A stretch of DNA of 64,000 nucleotides from Eledone cirrhosa (Eukaryota): NCBI GenBank assembly GCA_964016885.1, contig OZ024745.1, forward strand, positions 13,144,001-13,208,000, in the 5' to 3' direction. The notes under the pieces were generated by a model, which made no database searches, was not told the origin of the DNA, and saw only the letters and a list, made by a program, of their open reading frames with translations. Both the position numbers and the translations under genes were made by a program. Positions 53,401-64,000 of the stretch are shown here, in pieces; within the stretch, counting starts at the first letter, position 1; each line of letters begins with the position of its first letter.

Positions 53401-56400
53401 TGAAACCAGGCTGTAGCAGACCTGTAGAATACTGACCAATGAAACCAGGCTGTAGCAGACCTGTAGAATACTGACCAATGAAACCAGGCTGTAGCAGACC
53501 TGTAGAATACTGACCAATGAAACCAGGCTGTAGAAGACCTCTAGAATACTGACCAATGTAACCAGGCTGTAGCAGACCTGTAGAATATTGACCAATGAAA
53601 CCAGACTGTAGCAGACCTGTAGAATACTGACCAATGAAACCAGGCTGTAGCAGACCTGTAGAATACTGACCAATGAAACCAGGTTGTAGCAGACCTGTAG
53701 AATACTGACCAATGAAACCAGGCTGTAGCAGACCTGTAGAATACTGACCAATGAAACCAGGCTGTAGCAAACTTGTAGAATACTGGCCAATGAAACCAGG
53801 CTGTAGCAGACATGTAGAATACTGACCAATGAAACCAGGCTGTAGAAGACCTGTAAAATACTGACCAATGAAACCAGACTGTAGCAGACCTGTAGAATAC
53901 TGACAAATGAAACCAGGCTGTAGCAGACCTGTAGAATACTGACCAATGAAACCAGACTGTAGCAGACTTGTAGAATACTGACCAATGAAACCAGGCTGTA
54001 GCAGACCTGTAGAATACTGACCAATGAAACCAGACTGTAGCAGAGCTCTAGAATACTGACCAATGTAACCAGGCTGTAGCAGACCTGCAGAATACTGACC
54101 AATGAAACCAGACTGTAGCAGACCTGTAGAATACTGACCAATGAAACCAGGCTGTAGCAGACCTGTAGAATACTGACCAATGAAACCACGCTGTAGCAGA
54201 CCTGTAGAATACTGACCAATGAAACCAGGCTGTAGCAGACCTGTAGAATACTGACCAATGAAACCAGGCTGTAGCAGACTTGTAGAATACTGACCACTAA
54301 AACCAGGCTGTAGCAGACCTGTAGAATACTGACCAATGAAACCAGACTGTAGCAGAGCTCTAGAATACTGACCAATGTAACCAGGCTGTAGCAGACCTGT
54401 AGAATACTGACCAATGAAACCAGACTGTAGCAGACCTGTAGAATACTGACCAATGAAACAAGGCTATAGCAGACCTGTAGAATACTGACCAATGAAACCA
54501 GGCTGTAACAGACCTGTAGAATACTGACCAATGAAATCCGGCTGTAGCAGAGCTGTAGAATACTGACCAATGAAACCAGGCTGTAGCAGACCTGTAGCAT
54601 ACTGACCAATGAAACCAGGCTGTAGCAGACCTGTAGAATACTGACCAATGAAACCAGGCTGTAGCAGACCTGTAGAATACTGACCAATGAAACCAGACTG
54701 TAGCAGACCTCTAGAATACTGACCAATGTAACCAGGCTGTAGCAGACCTGTAGAATATTGACCAATGAAACCAGACTGTAGCAGACCTGTAGAATACTGA
54801 CCAATGAAACCAGGCTGTAGCAGACCTGTAGAATACTGACCAATGAAACCAGGCTGTAGCAGACCTGTAGAATACTGACCAATGAAACCAGGCTGTAGCA
54901 GACCTGTAGAATACTGACCAATGAAACCAGGCTGTAGAAGACCTGTAAAATACTGACCAATGAAACCAGACTGTAGCAGACCTGTAGAATACTGACAAAT
55001 GAAACCAGGCTGTAGCAGACCTGTAGAATACTGACCAATGAAACCAGACTGTAGCAGACCTGTAGAATACTGACCAATGAAACCAGGCTGTAGCAGACCT
55101 GTAGAATACTGACCAATGAAACCAGACTGTAGCAGAGCTCTAGAATACTGACCAATGTAACCAGGCTGTAGCAGACCTGTAGAATACTGACCAATGAAAC
55201 CAGACTGTAGCAGACCTGTAGAATACTGACCAATGAAACCAGGCTGTAGCAAACCTGTAGAATACTGACCAATGAAACCAGGCTGTAGCAGACCTGTAGA
55301 ATACTGACCAATGAAACCAGGCTGTAGCAGACCTGTAGAATACTGACCAATGAAACCAGGCTGTAGAAGACCTGTAGAATACTGACCAATGAAACCAGAC
55401 TGTAGCAGACCTGTAGAATACTGACAAATGAAACCAGGCTGTAGCAGACCTGTAGAATACTGACCAATGAAACCAGACTGTAGCAGACTTGTAGAATACT
55501 GACCAATGAAACCAGGCTGTCGCAGACCTGTAGAATACTGACCAATGAAACCAGACTGTAGCAGAGCTCTAGAATACTGACCAATGTAACCAGGCTGTAG
55601 CAGACCTGTAGAATACTGACCAATGAAACCAGACTGTAGCAGACCTGTAGAATACTGACCAATGAAACCAGGCTGTAGCAGACCTGTAGAATACTGACCA
55701 ATGAAACCAGGCTGTAGCAGACCTGTAGAATACTGACCAATGAAACCAGGCTGTAGCAGACCTGTAGAATACTGACCAATGAAACCAGGCTGTAGCAGAC
55801 TTGTAGAATACTGACCAATGAAACCAGGCTGTAGCAGACCTGTAGAATACTGTCCAATGAAACCAGGCTGTAGCAGACCTGTAGAATACTGACCAATGAA
55901 ACCAGGCTGTAGCAGACCTGTAGAATACTGACCAATGAAACCAGACTGTAGCAAACCTGTAGAATACTGACCAATGAAACCAGGCTGTAGCAGACCTGTA
56001 GAATACTGACCAATGAAACCAGGCTGTAGCAGACCTGTAGAATACTGACCAATGAAATCCGGCTGTAGCAGAGCTGTAGAATACTGACCAATGAAACCAG
56101 GCTGTAGCAGACCTGTAGAATACTGACCAATGAAACCAGGCTGTAGCAGACCTGTAGAATACTGACCAATGAAACCAGACTGTAGCAGACCTCTAGAATA
56201 CTGACAAATGTAACCAGGCTGTAGCAGACCTGTAGAATATTGACCAATGAAACCAGACTGTAGCAGACCTGTAGAATACTGACCAATGAAACCAGGCTGT
56301 AGCAGACCTGTCGAATACTGACCAATGAAACCAGGCTATAGCAGACCTGTAGAATACTGACCAATGAAACCAGGCTGTAGCAGACCTGTAGAATACTGAC

Positions 56401-59400
56401 CAATGAAACCAGGCTGTAGAAGACCTGTAAAATACTGACCAATGAAACCAGACTGTAGCAGACCTGTAGAATACTGACAAATGAAACTAGGCTGTAGCAG
56501 ACCTGTAGAATACTGACCAATGAAACCAGACTGTAGCAGACTTGTAGAATACTGACCAATGAAACCAGGCTGTAGCAGACCTGTAGAATACTGACCAATG
56601 AAACCAGACTGTAGCAGAGCTCTAGAATACTGACCAATGTAACCAGGCTGTAGCAGACCTGTAGAATACTGACCAATGAAACCAGACTGTAGCAGACCTG
56701 TAGAATACTGACCAATGAAACCAGGCTGTAGCAGACCTGTAGAATACTGACCAATGAAACCAGGCTCTAGCAGACCTATAGAATACTGACCAATGAAACC
56801 AGGCTGTAGCAGACCTGTAGAATACTGACCAATGAAACCAGGCTGTAGCAGACTTGTAGAATACTGACCACTGAAACCAGGCTGTAGCAGACCTGTAGAA
56901 TACTGTCCAATGAAACCAGGCTGTAGCAGACCTGTAGAATACTGACCAATGAAACCAGGCTGTAGCAGACCTGTAGAATACTGACCAATGAAACCAGGCT
57001 GTAGCAGACCTGTAGAATACTGACCAATGAAACCAGGCTGTAGAAGACCTCTAGAATACTGACCAATGTAACCAGGCTGTAGCAGACCTGTAGAATATTG
57101 ACCAATGAAACCAGACTGTAGCAGACCTGTAGAATACTGACCAATGAAACCAGGCTGTAGCAGACCTGTAGAATACTGACCAATGAAACCAGGTTGTAGC
57201 AGACCTGTAGAATACTGACCAATGAAACCAGGCTGTAGCAGACCTGTAGAATACTGACCAATGAAACCAGGCTGTAGCAAACTTGTAGAATACTGGCCAA
57301 TGAAACCAGGCTGTAGCAGACATGTAGAATACTGACCAATGAAACCAGGCTGTAGAAGACCTGTAAAATACTGACCAATGAAACCAGACTGTAGCAGACC
57401 TGTAGAATACTGACAAATGAAACCAGGCTGTAGCAGACCTGTAGAATACTGACCAATGAAACCAGACTGTAGCAGACTTGTAGAATACTGACCAATGAAA
57501 CCAGGCTGTAGCAGACCTGTAGAATACTGACCAATGAAACCAGACTGTAGCAGAGCTCTAGAATACTGACCAATGTAACCAGGCTGTAGCAGACCTGCAG
57601 AATACTGACCAATGAAACCAGACTGTAGCAGACCTGTAGAATACTGACCAATGAAACCAGGCTGTAGCAGACCTGTAGAATACTGACCAATGAAACCACG
57701 CTGTAGCAGACCTGTAGAATACTGACCAATGAAACCAGGCTGTAGCAGACCTGTAGAATACTGACCAATGAAACCAGGCTGTAGCAGACTTGTAGAATAC
57801 TGACCACTAAAACCAGGCTGTAGCAGACCTGTAGAATACTGACCAATGAAACCAGACTGTAGCAGAGCTCTAGAATACTGACCAATGTAAACAGGCTGTA
57901 GCAGACCTGTAGAATACTGACCAATGAAACCAGACTGTAGCAGACCTGTAGAATACTGACCAATGAAACCAGGCTGTATAGCAGACCTGTAGAATACTGA
58001 CCAATGAAACCAGGCTGTAGCAGACCTGTAGAATACTGACCAATGAATCCAGGCTGTAGCAGACCTGTAGAATACTGACAAATGAAACCAGGCTGTAGCA
58101 GACCTGTAGAATACTGACGAATGAAACCAGGCTGTAGAAGACCTGTAGAATACTGACCAATGAAACCAGACTGTAGCAGACCTGTAGAATACTGACAAAT
58201 GAAACCAGGCTGTAGCAGACCTGTAGAATACTGACCAATGAAACCAGACTGTAGCAGACCTCTAGAATACTGACCAATGTAACCAGGCTGTAGCAGACCT
58301 GTAGAATATTGACCAATGAAACCAGGCTGTAGCAGACCTGTAGAATACTGACCAATGAAACCAGGCTGTAGCAGACCTGTAGAATACTGACCAATGAAAC
58401 CAGGCTGTAGCAGACCTGTAGAATACTGACCAATGAAACCAGGCTGTAGAAGACCTGTAAAATACTGACCAATGAAACCAGACTGTAGCAGACCTGTAGA
58501 ATACTGACAAATGAAACCAGGCTGTAGCAGACCTGTAGAATACTGACCAATGAAACCAGACTGTAGCAGACTTGTAGAATACTGACCAATGAAACCAGGC
58601 TGTAGCAGACCTGTAGAATACTGACCAATGAAACCAGACTGTAGCAGAGCTCTAGAATACTGACCAATGTAACCAGGCTGTAGCAGACCTGCAGAATACT
58701 GACCAATGAAACCAGACTGTAGCAGACCTGTAGAATACTGACCAATGAAACCAGGCTGTAGCAGACCTGTAGAATACTGACCAATGAAACCACGCTGTAG
58801 CAGACCTGTAGAATACTGACCAATGAAACCAGGCTGTAGCAGACCTGTAGAATACTGACCAATGAAACCAGGCTGTAGCAGACTTGTAGAATACTGACCA
58901 ATAAAACCAGGCTGTAGCAGACCTGTAGAATACTGACCAATGAAACCAGACTGTAGCTGAGCTCTAGAATACTGACCAATGTAACCAGGCTGTAGCAGAC
59001 CTGTAGAATACTGACCAATGAAACCAGACTGTAGCAGACCTGTAAAATACTGACCAATGAAACCAGGCTGTATAGCAGACCTGTAGAATACTGACCAATG
59101 AAACCAGGCTGTAGCAGACCTGTAGAATACTGACCAATGAATCCAGGCTGTAGCAGACCTGTAGAATACTGACCAATGAATCCAGGCTGTAGCAGACCTG
59201 TAGAATACTGGCCAATGAAACCAGGCTGTAGCAGACTTGTAGAATACTGACCAATGAAACCAGGCTGTAGCAGACCTGTAGAATACTGACCAATGAAACA
59301 AGGCTATAGCAGACCTGTAGAATACTGACCAATGAAACCAGGCTGTAGCAGACCTGTAGAATACTGACCAATGAAATCCGGCTGTAGCAGAGCTGTAGAA

Positions 59401-62400
59401 TACTGACCAATGAAACCAGGCTGTAGCAGACCTGTAGCATACTGACCAATGAAACCAGGCTGTAGCAGACCTGTAGAATACTGACCAATGAAACCAGGCT
59501 GTAGCAGACCTGTAGAATACTGACCAATGAAACCAGACTGTAGCAGACCTCTAGAATACTGACCAATGTAACCAGGCTGTAGCAGACCTGTAGAATATTG
59601 ACCAATGAAACCAGACTGTAGCAGACCTGTAGAATACTGACCAATGAAACCAGGCTGTAGCAGACCTGTAGAATACTGACCAATGAAACCAGGCTGTAGC
59701 AGACCTGTAGAATACTGACCAATGAAACCAGGCTGTAGCAGACCTGTAGAATACTGACCAATGAAACCAGGCTGTAGAAGACCTGTAAAATACTGACCAA
59801 TGAAACCAGACTGTAGCAGACCTGTAGAATACTGGCAAATGAAACCAGGCTGTAGCAGACCTGTAGAATACTGACCAATGAAACCAGACTGTAGCAGACT
59901 TGTAGAATACTGACCAATGAAACCAGGCTGTAGCAGACCTGTAGAATACTGACCAATGAAACCAGACTGTAGCAGAGCTCTAGAATACTGACCAATGTAA
60001 CCAGGCTGTAGCAGACCTGTAGAATACTGACCAATGAAACCAGACTGTAGCAGACCTGTAGAATACTGACCAATGAAACCAAGCTGTAGCAGACCTGTAG
60101 AATACTGACCAATGAAACCAGGCTGTAGCAGACCTGTAGAATACTGACCAATGAATCCAGGCTGTAGCAGACCTGTAGAATACTGACCAATGAAACCAGG
60201 CTGTAGCAGACTTGTAGAATACTGACCAATGAAACCAGGCTGTAGCAGACCTGTAGAATACTGTCCAATGAAACCAGGCTGTAGCAGACCTGTAGAATAC
60301 TGACCAATGAAACCAGGCTGTAGCAGACCTGTAGAATACTGACCAATGAAACCAGGCTGTAGCAGACCTGTAGAATACTGACCAATGAAACCAGGCTGTA
60401 GCAGACCTGTAGAATACTGACCAATGAAACCAGGCTGTAGAAGACCTGTAGAATACTGTCCAATGAAACCAGGCTGTAGCAGACCTGTAGAATACTGACC
60501 AATGAAACCAGGCTGTAGCAGACCTGCAGAATACTGACCAATGAAACCAGGCTGTAGCAGACCTGTAGAATACTGACCAATGAAACAAGGCTATAGCAGA
60601 CCTGTAGAATACTGACCAATGAAACCAGGCTGTAACAGACCTGTAGAATACTGACCAATGAAATCCGGCTGTAGCAGAGCTGTAGAATACTGACCAATGA
60701 AACCAGGCTGTAGCAGACCTGTAGCATACTGACCAATGAAACAAGGCTGTAGCAGACCTGTAGAATACTGACCAATGAAACCAGGCTGTAGCAGACCTGT
60801 AGAATACTGACCAATGAAACCAGACTGTAGCAGACCTCTAGAATACTGACCAATGTAACCAGGCTGTAGCAGACCTGTAGAATATTGACCAATGAAACCA
60901 GACTGTAGCAGACCTGTAGAATACTGACCAATGAAACCAGGCTGTAGCAGACCTGTAGAATACTGACCAATGAAACCAGGCTGTAGCAGACCTGTAGAAT
61001 ACTGACCAATGAAACCAGGCTGTAGCAGACCTGTAGAATACTGACCAATGAAACCAGGCTGTAGAAGACCTGTAAAATACTGACCAATGAAACCAGACTG
61101 TAGCAGACCTGTAGAATACTGACAAATGAAACCAGGCTGTAGCAGACCTGTAGAATACTGACCAATGAAAACAGACTGTAGCAGACCTGTAGAATACTGA
61201 CCAATGAAACCAGGCTGTAGCAGACCTGTAGAATACTGACCAATGAAACCAGACTGTAGCAGAGCTCTAGAATACTGACCAATGTAACCAGGCTGTAGCA
61301 GACCTGTAGAATACTGACCAATGAAACCAGACTGTAGCAGACCTGTAGAATACTGACCAATGAAACCAGGCTGTAGCAGACCTGTAGAATACTGACCAAT
61401 GAAACCAGGCTGTAGCAGACCTGTAGAATACTGACCAATGAAACCAGGCTGTAGCAGACCTGTAGAATACTGACCAATGAAACCAGGCTGTAGAAGACAT
61501 GTAGAATACTGACCAATGAAACCAGACTGTAGCAGACCTGTAGAATACTGACAAATGAAACCAGGCTGTAGCAGACCTGTAGAATACTGACCAATGAAAC
61601 CAGACTGTAGCAGACTTGTAGAATACTGACCAATGAAACCAGGCTGTAGCAGACCTGTAGAATACTGACCAATGAAACCAGACTGTAGCAGAGCTCTAGA
61701 ATACTGACCAATGTAACCAGGCTGTAGCAGACCTGTAGAATACTGACCAATGAAACCAGACTGTAGCAGACCTGTAGAATACTGACCAATGAAACCAGGC
61801 TGTAGCAGACCTGTAGAATACTGACCAATGAAACCAGGCTGTAGCAGACCTGTAGAATACTGACCAATGAAACCAGGCTGTAGCAGACCTGTAGAATACT
61901 GACCAATGAAACCAGGCTGTAGCAGACTTGTAGAATACTGACCAATGAAACCAGGCTGTAGCAGACCTGTAGAATACTGTCCAATGAAACCAGGCTGTAG
62001 CAGACCTGTAGAATACTGACCAATGAAACCAGGCTGTAGCAGACCTGTAGAATACTGACCAATGAAACCAGGCTGTAGCAGACCTGTAGAATACTGACCA
62101 ATGAAACAAGGCTATAGCAGACCTGTAGAATACTGACCAATGAAACCAGGCTGTAGCAGACCTGTAGAATACTGACCAATGAAATCCGGCTGTAGCAGAG
62201 CTGTAGAATACTGACCAATGAAACCAGGCTGTAGCAGACCTGTAGCATACTGACCAATGAAACCAGGCTGTAGCAGACCTGTAGAATACTGACCAATGAA
62301 ATCAGGCTGCAGCAGACCTGTAGAATACTGACCAATGAAACCAGACTGTAGCAGACCTCTAGAATACGGACCAATGTAACCAGGCTGTAGCAGACCTGTA

Positions 62401-64000
62401 GCCTACTGACCAATGAAACCAGGCTGTAGCAGACCTGTAGAATACTGACCAATGAAACCAGGCTGTAGTAGACCTGTAGAATACTGACCAATGAAACCAG
62501 ACTGTAGCAGACCTCTAGAATACTGACCAATGTAACCAGGCTGTAGCAGACCTGTAGAATATTGACCAATGAAACCAGACTGTAGCAGACCTGTAGAATA
62601 CTGACCAATGAAACCAGGCTGTAGCAGACCTGTAGAATACTGACCAATGAAACCAGACTGTAGCAAACCTGTAGAATACTGACCAATGAAACCAGGCTGT
62701 AGCAGACCTGTAGAATACTGACCAATGAAACCAGGCTGTAGCAGACCTGTAGAATACTGACCAATGAAATCCGGCTGTAGCAGAGCTGTAGAATACTGAC
62801 CAATGAAACCAGGCTGTAGCAGACCTGTAGAATACTGACCAATGAAACCAGGCTGTAGCAGACCTGTAGAATACTGACCAATGAAACCAGACTGTAGCAG
62901 ACCTCTAGAATACTGACAAATGTAACCAGGCTGTAGCAGACCTGTAGAATATTGACCAATGAAACCAGACTGTAGCAGACCTGTAGAATTCTGACCAATG
63001 AAACCAGGCTGTAGCAGACCTGTAGAATACTGACCAATGAAACCAGGCTATAGCAGACCTGTAGAATACTGACCAATGAAACCAGGCTGTAGCAGACCTG
63101 TAGAATACTGACCAATGAAACCAGGCTGTAGAAGACCTGTAAAATACTGACCAATGAAACCAGACTGTAGCAGACCTGTAGAATACTGACAAATGAAACT
63201 AGGCTGTAGCAGACCTGTAGAATACTGACCAATGAAACCAGACTGTAGCAGACTTGTAGAATACTGACCAATGAAACCAGGCTGTAGCAGACCTGTAGAA
63301 TACTGACCAATGAAACCAGACTGTAGCAGAGCTCTAGAATACTGACCAATGTAACCAGGCTGTAGCAGACCTGTAGAATACTGACCAATGAAACCAGACT
63401 GTAGCAGACCTGTAGAATACTGACCAATGAAACCAGGCTGTAGCAGACCTGTAGAATACTGACCAATGAAACCAGGCTGTAGCAGACCTATAGAATACTG
63501 ACCAATGAAACCAGGCTGTAGCAGACCTGTAGAATACTGACCAATGAAACCAGGCTGTAGCAGACTTGTAGAATACTGACCACTGAAACCAGGCTGTAGC
63601 AGACCTGTAGAATACTGTCCAATGAAACCAGGCTGTAGCAGACCTGTAGAATACTGACCAATGAAACCAGGCTGTAGCAGACCTGTAGAATACTGACCAA
63701 TGAAACCAGGCTGTAGCAGACCTGTAGAATACTGACCAATGAAACCAGGCTGTAGAAGACCTCTAGAATACTGACCAATGTAACCAGGCTGTAGCAGACC
63801 TGTAGAATATTGACCAATGAAACCAGACTGTAGCAGACCTGTAGAATACTGACCAATGAGACCAGGCTGTAGCAGACCTGTAGAATACTGACCAATGAAA
63901 CCAGGTTGTAGCAGACCTGTAGAATACTGACCAATGAAACCAGGCTGTAGCAGACCTGTAGAATACTGACCAATGAAACCAGACTGTAGAAGACCTGTAG
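35450..64000. repeat. 39-bp tandem satellite, >28.5 kb, ~730 units, runs off the window
   Basis: Consensus gaccaatgaaaccaggctgtagcagacctgtagaatact; recurrent variant monomers; rare indels (+2 at ~40473, 49396, 57978, 59072; deletion at ~43546). Confidence 0.98.

Noticed and set aside
35449-63973. Giant ORFs up to 1669 aa as a repetitive membrane protein
   Set aside because: They follow from a 39-bp stop-free unit. By rough hand tally most variant types are non-synonymous, and stops and frameshifts occur, so there is no sign of coding selection.
35450-64000. CRISPR array
   Set aside because: No unique spacers, no cas genes, eukaryotic context.

Overview
AT-rich, microsatellite-dense animal DNA; the SINE and LINE types and the (TA)n load suggest an octopod cephalopod (inference). 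1-21 kb is a cluster of Penelope-like retroelements (PLEs) inserted in (TA)n: two families with long uninterrupted RT+GIY-YIG frames (one Naiad-like), non-coding derivatives, a decayed Helitron and a deleted LINE. About 17 hammerhead-ribozyme (HHR) motifs, intact or degenerate, and six half-motifs were read by eye between 1.3 and 30 kb. The ORF track does not assemble a spliced minus-strand host gene: five phase-compatible exons (34860 to 23853) encode a Ser-rich region and a C-terminal CAP-Gly domain (GKHDG). Its introns hold a 33/21-bp minisatellite and retroelement fragments. From about 35450 to the window end lies a >28-kb 39-bp satellite with higher-order duplications; its giant ORFs are repeat artefacts. 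All coordinates and folds were derived by hand and repeat ends are approximate.
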